Source: Yuukianura sp. NJ FZ-2021
Taxonomy: Eukaryota
DNA length: 64,000 nt
Direction: 5' to 3'
NCBI GenBank assembly: GCA_046563655.1
Contig: CM102286.1
Location: 12,648,001-12,712,000, forward strand
Positions 15,101 to 27,300 of the stretch are shown piece by piece. The first letter of the stretch is position 1; each line of letters begins with the position of its first letter. The position numbers and the translations under genes are program-made. A model generated the notes under the pieces. That model searched no databases. It saw only the letters and a program-made list of their open reading frames with translations, and had not been told where the DNA came from.

Positions 15101-18100
15101 CAAAATTCGCCCTGCTAAAAGAAATTAAACCTACGCGTCAAAAAAATTTGAAAACTTTCATCTCAAATTTGTTTTTCCCAAACATCCAAAGAAAAACGTA
15201 ACAAATTGTACAAGTGCATGAAAGTTCAATAACAACACCACAAAGTGCTATCTGAAATATAATTTCAAAAAATGTTAGTTTAACCTGAAAAATCGTTTTT
15301 TGTTGTATACTCAAATTTCCATCTTTCCTACAACTCATTCTACACATTCTACATAGTAAATCATTGTTTTTACGAGGAGAAAGCGAGTCCGGAAAAGCCC
15401 AAAAACTGAAAACGGAGACTTTCTCTCTGCTTTTCCTTCATTTACTATTCTTTCTCATCACAAGTCTCAAAAAACTTCGCTTGCTCGTCAGATTCTCATA
15501 ATGATCAAGAACCACATAGGATGATTCCCATTACTTTACATTACGACGCCTCTTGCTTTCCCCAGAACATAACCTAACCTAAACTTTTACTTTCTCCGTC
15601 GAAATTAAACCCTCGTTTTGACGGGATCGTCGTACATAAGTAACAGTTCTCGTTTTCAGATGCTGAGCCAAGCAAGAAACATTGTAAAGTAGAACAAATG
15701 CGTTTCACTGTTTTAGCGTCGTAAGCACTTCTTATACTTCCAGTTCGTCTCCCATTTTCCATCACGCCTATCTCGCTCCTTGAGATTTTCAAAGAAAAAT
15801 CTTCCGTCACCATTCTTTCATGAGCACAAAAAAGCAAACCAATTGCACTTGTGACAATTACGGAATCCCATAAGTCAATACTTTGTTCTCAACCCGCCAA
15901 AATTCTCACGACCTTAAATTGAAATGGTAATGGCGTAACATAAACAAACATTTGCCAACTTGACAAAGTGCTTCCCGCCTCCACATCCTTGTGTTTATGT
16001 AAATTCCATAAAGTAATTTCCATGAGTCAGGGATCAAGTTAGGGGCACAAACTGCATAAAAGCTGGGCTGACTCGGCGTTAAATATTCTTCAGAAATGGA
16101 AAATAGTAGCAAACACACGAAATATTGCTAGGGTTGGCTCCGAATATTAGTTGGAAAAATGAATGAATAATTTCCTGTCAAAAGTCAGACGGAATATAGG
16201 ATCAGAAGCAGATGCCATTTCAAATAAGACTTTCTTTCAGGCGGAGATCAGAGCAGAGAGCATCAATCCCTAGCACTCACATATGTACACCAATTATTAA
16301 CAAAAGTCAATTTTACGTTATCCTTCCTTCCTGTCCCTCGGCACATATTTTTTTTAGCACAAACGCTAAAAATGCATCCATGAATATCCTATTTCAGCGT
16401 GACGCTTGCGCGTCACTTGGCGATTCTCAAGTTACGTTAATTAGGCTTTCGCCTCAAACTTTTACCCTACTCAGCTCAATGCAAAGGCCATAACGACTGA
16501 TCCCGGATTCTGATTTGTCGTCAACACAAAACCAACATTTTCCGCCACAGCAGATCCTATATCCTAAGTTTTTCCAAATGTTAGACACATCTATGCACCA
16601 AAAACCAAAAATCCTCCAAAAACTCTATTCCACAAAGATCAAAACAAGTGATGGAGAAAGGAAACCAGAAACTTTGCCCCCAAAATATTACTTTAGCATC
16701 GATCACCCTTCAGAACTAAGACCTCGTCCTCGTCCTGCTCCCGCCTTAAATCTCTAATAAAAGTAATGGAAAAAGTGATGGAAAGCCTTCAATGATTAAA
16801 GCCCTTAATGGAACCTTAAAACTTTTTCTGATTTGTGACTTCCAGCCTCCCTTCCAGCGAAAGGCCAAAGTACTAAAGCCATAGCAACTTACGTTTTCAT
16901 CACTTTTCGTCAGAAAAATCCTTCGACACTTTTCGTATAAGAAAAACTGTGCGAAAAAAGTATTTAAGAAGTGATCAGCGCAAAAGAGAAAGTACAGCTT
17001 TTAGCAAGCTTCCAAGAGAAAGTTCTGCGCTCTTTTCAGCTCTATAATTGCACTTAATTCATTAAGATTTGTTGCAAAACTTTTCCAAATGCCAACCCTC
17101 TTGACCTCTCCTAATGGCCAAAAGTGGGAAACCATAACTCACTTGGCACACGGTTACCTTCCTACATTGTTTTCCGCTCACTGGCAAAGCCCCAGAAATA
17201 AGGTACGCGAAATCCTTTGAGCACTACGCAGGACCACATAACTTCTTTTCGCTTCAACTTAGGGTGCCTAAACTAACGTTCCAGGTTTCTCAATTTCGCA
17301 TTAATTCATTAAGGGAGACTTAAGGGATTTATATGACTTACGAAGATACTGCAACTTTTACGTCGTTGAAAACTGCTCAGAATTGGACCTGTTGGCATTC
17401 CAAATTAACGCTTCTTTTCGAACACACTAACTTGGCACAATCACACTGACTGTCTGTCACTACACAATGTTCAGAATTTTTAAGGAAATCCGTTTTAGAA
17501 TTTCACTTCTTAGAAGATGAGGGAGCACTGAAGTAGGGAAAATGGCAAGAGACGATGACTTTTGATTTCTTGAACAGTTTCCAAACCTCATTCAAAATTG
17601 AATTGTATAGAAGTCAAATCCAAGTATCGGCTCCCGGGCATCAAATCAACCAAATGGTCCACGTAGAAATGAATTCCGCTCCCTTTCATCCGAATTCCAA
17701 ATGAAATGAAACCAACTCTGGTTATTCCAGGACACACAGAATTGTACCTTCCAGGAACTCTACCCTGGGTGACATGCTTTCTTTACTAATCAGGCTCCAT
17801 ATACTACAACTTGAACCTTCCAGAAATAGTGGTCACCTACACAAACACAAAGAAAACACACGTCGTCGTCCTATTCCTGGACAAACTAAGAATCGTAGTT
17901 CCCTACTATGTCCAAAGTCACTGAATTCCAGTTACAAGTCCGCAAGGCACAGTCAAAGACGACATCGTCCACACTTTATGTTACTGAATTTAAGGGGATC
18001 AAGTGACTCTGAGACCGACAAAGTACCCGTAATCCCAACAACAATCACTGAATTGGAATCTATTGCTTCATTGCCTCTCTCTTTTCTCTTGACCGTCGTC

Positions 18101-18875
18101 GTCCTCCAGGAATGAACAAAACAAGTCGTCCACTGTCCCTCCAGCAATCCCTTAAGCCTTCACAATAGAAAAACCAAGTCAAAGGTTCGGCGTTACTCAC
18201 AATTTCGTTTGTAGTGGAAATACTGCCTATCCCTTCAAGGAACAAAATTTGAACCCCATACATTCCCAATGCCCAAAAACCTTCTAAATTCAGTCACCCA
18301 TCAGTAACAGACTCTCGCTTGATTGGCACTTCTGTTTAGTTTCCCTACTTCCTGTAAACACCACTGCAAAACCCAAAAGGAAGTTTACACACAAAACCAG
18401 AAATCGAACTTACACTTTCCAATTGTCAGAGTTGCATCTAAACAGTACCATGAAAGTCATGCATTTTGGATCATGAGTTGAACAAACGTCCATTGAAGGG
18501 TCTTCCTGTCAATCAAAACAGGCTTGGCGTAATCCACTGTCGTCCTTCTTACTTTCTACCCTCTTCAGTACTTCCACTACAAAACTTGTACAGCTCAAAA
18601 CTGGAGTTTAACTTAACAAATAGTACAAAAGTTTCTTTAATCCCCTCAACTCAAGTACTCATTCTAATGATTCATTGACTCATTCAAGTTGAATTTTTGT
18701 TTTTTGAATTGAACTTTATTTCAAGTTCCATCGAGGATTAAGTATTAAACTTTGCTTTATAAAAAACGTTTTAATTCAAAAACATAGAAATATTTGGAAA
18801 AATGTTTGGAAACTTGAAACTCACTCCGGTTTTTCACGAAACCGTCTCCATTCAAGAAAAAATCCACAAAAGAAT

Positions 18876-18926
18876 GTCACCATAGAAACCGCCATTCATT
18901 TACTTTTAAGCTTTTTGTTTGTTTGC
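18876..18926 (+). promoter_or_regulatory. RFX X-box (GTCACC AT AGAAAC, 18876-18889) plus overlapping forkhead sites (TGTTTGT/TGTTTGC, 18916-18926)
   Basis: Good match to the X-box consensus about 170 nt upstream of the ATG of a motile-cilium gene, with adjacent RYMAAYA-type forkhead motifs. Confidence 0.7.
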
Positions 18927-19059
18927 TTATATTCATGATTTTGATTTCCAGCTTCTGAACTTTTTCAGAGAAGCTCATTATTTCCGCGATCATTTTTTTT
19001 TGAAAAAGTAAGCGATTTGTGGCAGCTTAGCGCCGTAAAAGCAAGTACTAAAAGTTAAC

Positions 19060-22000
19060 ATGGCAGAAAATCCTGGACAATTGGAATGTCCTCAAGAAGG
19101 AAAAGATGTTTTGAAACTGCTTCGAGCGAATGGATGGGGCACTGGATTTCATAATCCATTTGCAGATGAAGAAAACAAGGCTTTGGAACAACGGGTAAAA
19201 CACGGAGGTCACAAAGTACCAAAAGTGAAAATGTTATCAACTTTTTCGATATTATTTTAGCTTGAGCAACTGCAAAGGAAGAATTTGCAACTCCGAAATG
19301 CTACAGAGTCAATAAGAGAAAACGTCTCTCACCTCAGAAGTCATGAACAGAATATCTACACTGACATTCGACTGAACCATGTATGACTTGTTCCCAGACT
19401 TTTCACATTGTCATTGTCATGAAGTTGAACTTTATGCCTTTCGAATAGGAAATGAGCAAAGCCAAACAGACACACTTGGACGATGAGCGGACAATCTTTA
19501 TCAAGTGTCAGAAAGATCATGCATTTACTATTCGCGAACACAGTCGACTGACCCATCAAGTCAAAGACTTCAGCGAAAGGAATCGTCATCGATTGGTAAA
19601 AAACACAATGCAATTCTTCAAAAAATTTGCACAAATCTTGGTCAATTTGTCATTTTTGCAACATTTTAGGTTGGTTTCGAGAAACGGCAGAAAGAACTGA
19701 AACACTCCATGCAGCAGATTGAGCAAGATCATAAACTCATTGAGTTTCTGCGTCAAAAAGAATTTGATATGGAAGATGAAATGGCTCAGATTTCAAAGTT
19801 CAAATCTTTGGATAAAGGGGAAATTCAGGTAACTGCAAAAATCTAAGCCATAATTTTCTTTACCACACAATTTCTGTCTTTACACGACTTTCAAAATTTC
19901 AAAATTTAGCAAATCCACAAAGATTTGCTGGTCCTCGAAAGAGACAATCGTGAGTTCACTCAACAACTGGAAATTGAGCTACAAAATACAAACAAAGCTT
20001 CAGATCAGTACCGCCGGCTCAGCATCGAATTTCGACAAGCACATCGAAAGAGGAAAGAAATGCTGCTTATGTGGAATGCCACATTGACTGCTGTCCGAGC
20101 CCGAGACAATGATTTACAGGAAATGGCAAATGTATGACATTACGTTAACGTTTAAACTTTCTTTTTAGTAAAAAGTTCTTTGACCTATGTATACTTTACG
20201 CATGCGCAGGAATACTTTGAACTGCATGAACGCGTCAAGGGTGAAGCCTCTACTCAAGAATGCCTGCTCGCCTTTCTCCAAAGTCGTGCCGAGGAAATGG
20301 AAGAAATTGAGTATCGTTCCAAGTTCTACGAAGGGGAAATTCGCACTTCGAATGAACAGCTAGAGAAATTGAGGCGGTTAATTTTGAATTTGAAAACTGA
20401 CCACTTACACACGGTTTCCGCAACTCAGAAACTCACTGCTCAAAATCACGAAACCAGACAGAAGATTAAAGTCATCCGAGACGAGTTTGACTCTAGATTT
20501 GACAAAGAAGGTGCCATCAAGGCAGAAGTAGAAAAGTTGTATGAAGAGCGTGACTACATACGCACCATTGCAAATGACCAAGAAAGACTACTCAGAGAAT
20601 TGGAGTCGATGTACGACGGCGAAGAAACTCGTTCAGCCAAATTAGAAAAACGTGGAGTCCTCATTCGAAAATTTCATTTTGAAAAGACAAATGAAAGACT
20701 GGAATTGGAAGAAAAAATTCGGACCGTCAGTACCAGAATGAACCTGATTAATCGCATCTTTGCGAGACTCAGTGCGAATGAATACGAAAACACATCCGAA
20801 GTAAGTTTCACAATCGCAACTTCACTGCGCATGCTCACATAATTTCAAATTTGCGTTTCTCAGATGGCAAAACGACAGAGTCGTCTGTACCGAGCGGATG
20901 TGGAAGTGAGCACACTGGAGGTTAAAATTTCCAGACTACTAAACACTGCCATCGAACCACGATTTTTCAAATTACAAGTACGCGAAGATCGTCTGCGCAG
21001 CAAAAATCAGCAAATCCTTACCACAAATACTTTTGTTGCAAAAGAAGCAGACCGTGTTTCAGGAATACTCGAAGCTTTAGTGAATGACATCGACGCACAG
21101 AAAGATCGGGCAAGACACCTTGACATCGCGCTTGTTGAAACACGACTGAGCGTTTCCGAGTAACATTTTTTGGCTACGAAGATCAATGTCCATTTGAGGT
21201 CAAAGGTCATGCATTGATGCGTTTCATTTGTTTATTGTTTCAAATTTTTTCAGAGTAACTCGTTTATCCCAAGGACTTTCAGAGGATGTGAAAGAACGAA
21301 CTTTTAAATACAATCTAATGAAAATCAGCGTCTCAAGATTGAAAAATTCAGTTGTCTCATTCAGTGGAAAAATCTTCAGCCTCGCTCAAATTCGAAGTCT
21401 CTTCCATACAGTAATTACTTTCCCTTGATACAAAAACTTTCTTCCTCTTATGAACTTTAGTTTAATAACAACTTTTTTTAGGCTGGTCTCGAGCGTAAAT
21501 CGGAAATTGAGTTTCACGTTGCGCTGATTAAAAAGAAAACGTCGATGCTGAAAAAAGAAGTTACCTTCCTGGAGTGTTCCAGCTATCGCACAAACACATG
21601 CATTTCAAAACTCAGAGTCAAGTAAGCAGAAACAACTTTTTCACAAACAATCAAATCAAATTATTTTCCAAATCGCATTTCATTTTCATTTTTTTAGGTT
21701 CGAATTGCTAAGTGGTGCAAAATCTGGCAAGGATCCTGGCGACGCTTTATTCAACGAAATGAAAGCAATCTTTCGAGACAGAGCAACTCTAAAACAGTTC
21801 GAAATTTTGAAACTCCTAAATTCAAAACCTCCACTCTAAAAACACTAACTCTGATTTTCGTTTTAGGCAACGTCTTCAATGGGAAAATCAAGTCGAGCAA
21901 GATTTGAAAGAAATCGAAGGTCTGAAAAACGTTTTAGAAGTCCTGAGAGGCAACAACGAGGCATACAAAATTAGCCTAGCGCCGGCTGACCAAAGTACTA

Positions 22001-22966
22001 AAAACCTGTTCCAAAGTTTAAAAACAATCCAATTTTAGAGAAAAAAAATTCTTACTAGAAATTGAAAAATTTCAGGCTGTGGCGGAGATGCAAAACTCCG
22101 TGAACTTCGAAGTTTGGAAAAACGGGTATTCGTCTACCGTAATCGCTGCAAACGGCACATTGAGAATCTGAATACAACTGTGCGAAATCTCAAAAAAGAA
22201 GTTGGTATAGCCAAGACCAATATTCAACGGGCCACTGCCGAAGCCGATGAAAAACTACTTGAAATGTCGAGTAACAAGGACGAAGCACTGTACTTGCGCG
22301 ATCGAATCGGTCGTTGGGACCAGCTCATTTCTCGTATTTCTACGGATGAAGCCACTTGGAGAAAACAAGGGCTCCTGTACTTCATTGAATTGGACTTGAA
22401 TCGAAAACTTGTTGAGGAAAAATATGAAGTGAGATCTTAAATTGAACCAGTAGCTGCACGTTACTCTAACTGTACCTCGTCAAATTCCACTTTCTTGGTT
22501 TCAGCACGCAATGCGAAAGATGCTGGCACTCATGAGACGAGATCTTCGTATTCGAAAAACAATTTATTTGTTTCTGCGAAAACATGGAATGATTGCCCAA
22601 TTCATGGAGAGATTCCAACTTACCGAACAGTATTTCCCTAACAAGTATTTTCTTGTGCTCTAAAAGTTTAACTCTATTTTGATTCTCAATGTTAGGAAAC
22701 TGTTTGAGCAATACTGCGAAGTACTTAGAGGAGAAAATGAAGACATCGAGGTTTGCAAAGCTCATGGTCAAGATGAAGGTCACGAAGAAGAATTTGACGG
22801 AGAAGAGGAAGAAGACATTGCCTCGTCCATTGTCCCGACACTGGATTCAATTTTCTCTTCCAGAGATGTGCTTCGAGGGGAAGATGAAGAGGATTTCCCG
22901 TCATCAGAACCGAGCGAACCGGTAATACCCCGGATTCCTTACTGCGACGAGTTGCCACAACTCTAA
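19060..22966 (+). CDS. CCDC39: CCDC39-like coiled-coil axonemal 96-nm ruler protein, complete 14-exon gene (~980 aa)
   Basis: GT-AG exons 19060-19194, 19261-19380, 19449-19595, 19670-19828, 19910-20131, 20210-20800, 20864-21159, 21254-21410, 21482-21621, 21698-21796, 21867-21994, 22076-22428, 22505-22629, 22696-22966 join in one frame (2943 nt). N-terminus GWGTGFHNPFADEENKALEQ resembles the CCDC39 motif W-x-DGF-x-IP-x-ANEENK-x-LE. KEIEGLKNVLEVLRGNNEAYK resembles [21 protein letters not shown] (both recalled from the vertebrate protein). Long coiled coil and acidic tail. Confidence 0.85.
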
Positions 22967-23071
22967 AACTTCACCCATCCAACATTACGCAACACATTCG
23001 AAGCTAGGAACGAAACGAAACGAAATGCGTAGAAACGAAATAATGCAACAATTTCAACAATTTTCTAGCAT

Positions 23072-23106
23072 AATAAAACATTAACAACCATAAACGAAAA
23101 AATAAA
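23072..23106 (+). terminator. Polyadenylation signals of CCDC39 (AATAAA at 23072 and 23101)
   Basis: Two AATAAA hexamers 105-140 nt after the TAA at 22966. Confidence 0.55.
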
Positions 23107-24239
23107 ACAATGCAAATGGATGATCCCTTATGACTCATCCTTGAAAAAAAAATCAAAATCAAGGGCCCCCTGTCATTACATGGAGTGGAAGAGTTAAGGG
23201 CTCACAAAGGCCAACAATATTGGTCAACCGACGAAGCTGAAACCAGCTTAAACCTAGTTCCATTTGGTTTCCAAAGTGGAGAGGGTGGCTTTTTAGCTTT
23301 TTTCGTCGTTGATGAAGTGCTATTCTCTGCTTCAATGTTAATTTACTGAACAGAGAAGAGCTACAGAGGGAAGTAGATTGGACAGAATCCTATTAAAAGT
23401 ATCATAAGGTTCCTGCTCTCTGCTCCTGCCCTTCTGCGTAAAAACAGCGTAATCCAACGCTTTTTCAGCGTCTATAACCAAGAGACTTAATTTCCAGCAT
23501 CCAGCATCCTCCCGTTTCTGTTATTTTGCAGATCCCAGAGGCCCATCGGCACCCGAACCAAGTCTCCCGTGACATGTGCTGCCTTTTGTTTATAATTCAC
23601 CCCATTCTCTTAAGGCCAGATCTTGAACCAGGGCCCTTTGTAGCCTTTTCCAAGGGGTCAAATCCATTGAGACTTGTATCAGGCCAACCAGCCAGACACT
23701 TCCGACACTCTTCACTGCATCTCCCTCCAAATTCTGGAAGGGGTTACACTTCTATTGGATTTCATATCAAAATATCATTTTTCCACTCCCGGCTTTTAAT
23801 ATACAGAACCGAAAGGAAAGCCAAAACAGGAGGGAAGGCGGATGAGGGAGATAGCATACAGAAAGTCTCCTTCTGGTTTGAGCCGGATGGATAGCTTACG
23901 TGCTTCTTCCTAATCCCTTCCTATTGACGTGAATAATACGGAAGGCAGGAGATGCTGGAAGTTGATACTTGGGAGCCTACGCAGAGGGTTGTTTAGAAAA
24001 CTGAATAGAAAACCTCGATCCTGGAGCTGATGCTGCCACTGATGCTGAGGCTGTTAGAAACTGGAAAAGTCTAGTATGAACTACCAAAGTCTAGTTTTCG
24101 CTCTCCTTTAGGTACTCAAGGGCTTTGCTTGGAGTACTTCGACTATTTCAGCTTAAGAAAAACTCCAAATTCCCAGTTCCCTTCAAAGTACAGAGTTGCG
24201 TGCAATGAACATGCAATTTGAAAAAAAAATCTAACTTAC

Positions 24240-24300
24240 CAAAGTAACGGGAAAAGAAAATCTGGTTAACTGGACCAACATTTTTGCAAAATTCAGCCAT
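24240..24300 (-). other. Candidate alternative first exon, ATG-to-donor part (MAEFCKNVGPVNQIFFSRYF)
   Basis: ATG in ATTATGG context, 20 codons plus 1 nt, then TG|GTAAGT donor (phase 1). Confidence 0.4.
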
Positions 24301-27300
24301 AATTTTCTTAATCACTTTCGAGCAAAATCCATTTTTCCTTTTTCAAAAAAGTAGAATATCAAGCTGAGTCGACCTGCTAACCTTGACACCGCAATTTTAT
24401 GAAATTCGTGATCAAATCGAAAAATTTCAAAAAGACGTACTTCGTCAGGAAAGAAAAGCATAGAAATTTTCGAAACGCAGAGAACAATAGACTATGAAAG
24501 TTGTAAGGACCGTGGATATATAGGTGGTATTTGTTGCCATGTCATTGAACAAAGTCACGTAGGTTCCCGTCTCTCTGACCATGTCACAGTCACTTCGTCT
24601 CCTTTTTATTAGAGCGAGAGCACAGTGCTGAAGCCAAAATCCAAAGGAACCAGCAGTAGTTGTAGCCAAGTTACCCATGAAATAAGTCCGTCACGAAGTT
24701 GAATGTTGTTGGAGTGGATCAACTACGTGGGAGATGAAGATGATAAAATGAAAACTAATGAAATAAAGCCAAGACGCTGCTTAATTCAGCTCACCTAATT
24801 TATCACACTCCTTACCACCAACCACCACAAAGAGAAGGAAGAAGAGCAGGGATTAGGAGGGACTTGAGTCTCCTAGGCACAAGAATCAACCGAATTCTGA
24901 TGAGCTCTTCGTCTAACACAACTTCTTACGAAGTTGGTACTTAAGAATAGGTCCAAGGGGCAACAAACTTAAGACATTCTGTCGTCAAGCTTCCATAATT
25001 CCCTTATTCCCTCCTCAAGTGCACACGAATCAGCCACCGGAATCTTTCTACCCATTTCAAACTTTTGGGATTTGGACTCTTAAGCACAGAAACACTTTCC
25101 ATTCTCAACGGAAATACATTTCCATGCACTTTACAGGCAAAAAAGGAAATGCACTTTTCCAGACACACAGGACTGCATAAGAATTATCTACTCTTCACGT
25201 GCTAAACTCCTTAAGTGCTTGCATTCTGCGGAGAGCCTCTCACAAAGTTTCCGGAAGCAAATTCCTTCCGAAGTTTCAGAAACTTGTCAATTTTGTGACT
25301 CGTTCCAGAGCTGCCTCGGAAGCTCTTTCCAGCCACTTTAAAAATATTTTCCAAAACTAAAACATCCAAACCAGTAAAAATTAGATGCAAAATACTTCTT
25401 AAACAACACAGTTCGTGAGCCCTAGTTTCCAATAACTAAGGTTTAAGCTTCCATAGAGAAAATGCTTTCAAATATTTTGGTTTTTGAAAGCCCCCTGCCA
25501 ATGTCTGCTCCATATTGAAGAACCGACCATGTAAAAACCATAACTGAACCCAACGTTAGACATGGTTACACATAACACGTTACAATGCTCTCTGGCTGCC
25601 AATCCACTTTTTAAAAAACCCACCGTCCGGAAAGGATTTCCAAAAAGAAAATGTGACAGGGAGACTCTGCCAAAGCCCTTTATTGACAACTGAAAATTTT
25701 GGAAAGAAAACGACTTCAAAAAAAAAATTTTTTTTTCAAAATCGAAAATCTCTGACGTTCTGCAGATCAATTTATAAGCCTATCAAAATAATCCTCTCCA
25801 TTTGTCAATTTTCCCACTACTGAAACTTCCTGCTCCCTTCATTTCATGTGCTCATCTTTGCGATTTCACACGCTTGGAAACAGATCAGAACGCAAACTCT
25901 GTTCATTCCGGAAAGAAAGAGCAGAGCAACAGTTCATTTCAGAGGCGCTGAAGCACATCAACAGAACACAATGATTGTTTACAAAGGAAAGACTACTTGG
26001 TTCCTTCAACGTCCTGTGCCCTAGCTTGTAATCACAAACAGCAACGTTACCAGCAGCGATGATAAATTTTGTATGAAAGGAAAACGGGACGTGGAGGCAC
26101 TTGAGTTTCCTCCATTTGTAACTCTCGTTGAATTGGAATTAGAATGTGCTTTTTTATTTAAACATTTTCGTTTCCAGTCTACCAGTCTAATGTACACAAC
26201 GCACAGAATTTACTCAAAAACTCTCCAAGGATTTCAACTGAAACGGGTTTTGTTTGAGAAAAAGTGGTTAACAAAGGGGGAATTCGAAAGAAGCCTTGTT
26301 CAAGAACTCTGATTTTTTAACTTTTCAAGATGCATTTGACTTTTTTCTCCTACAAGAAACACTACCAACCAAGTCCATCAATAGAACCAGAACCCAAAAA
26401 GTTTACTTTTCACCCTCAAAAAGTACAAAGTAAAGGAAAGATTTCGAACGGAAATTACTATAGATCACGCTCACTACAAGAATTTTCCAGTTTTCAAGCC
26501 TAAAGTCTCTTGTCTCTGAGAAGGCGCTAAGCCGAACAAGCGTTCCCCCACTCATCATCATCCCCTAGTGACTTCCACTAACTTGCAGAAAGCACTTAAA
26601 CATTTTGCATTTTCTAGAGGAAACTAAACTTCCAAATCCTTGCCCTGACATTGAATCCAATCCCATTCCGAATGCAGCAGGGCTGTCCCAGAAGATGAAG
26701 AGCAGCGATTAAGCCGCGTAGCGCTGAATAAGGGCCATCCTAACACTGCCTACAATGATAACCCCTTCTACAACTAACTTCCTTCCGTATTCTTTTTTCT
26801 CGCTTCTCAGAGTTTCATAATCGAGAACCATTCGGGAACTTGAATGGTTTGAAAGTTCATGTTTGTACTTTTCTCAAGAAAAAAAAGGCGAGGGCCCTTG
26901 AAGATGTGAGCATACATGCATAAAAATCCAACTGAAAATTCCTCCTTACGTCTCTTCAAGATGCAATAACTTTGATCTCCATTGAAAGCAAGGCTTCATC
27001 AATCATTCTCCTTCTTTCCAGACAACTTGAATCCACTTTAAAGTGTAGCGAGACCCTCAATGCAACTTTCGTACCGTAAGGAAAGCGAAAAGCATGAAAG
27101 TAGCTTTCTAGAATCTACAATTCCAACAACAACTTCTGAGGCACAAACGTAGCTGTATTATTTCATGTCAGTGCAAAAGATAATGATTTCCAAGAAGCCA
27201 TCAACATTTTTACATTTCTTTTTCTTTGATCTCCAACTCCCGAGTTTATTTTGACAAAAAGAACTCGGAGACTTTTCTACTAAAAAATATAAAAGAAAAG

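Noticed and set aside
1..18700. Numerous 60-180 aa ORFs in the six-frame track (e.g. 4233-4784, 7586-7966, 8198-8635, 8768-9238)
   Set aside because: Low-complexity F/K/L/S-rich translations typical of AT-rich introns, many starting at TTG/GTG, with no recognisable domains or consistent splice context.
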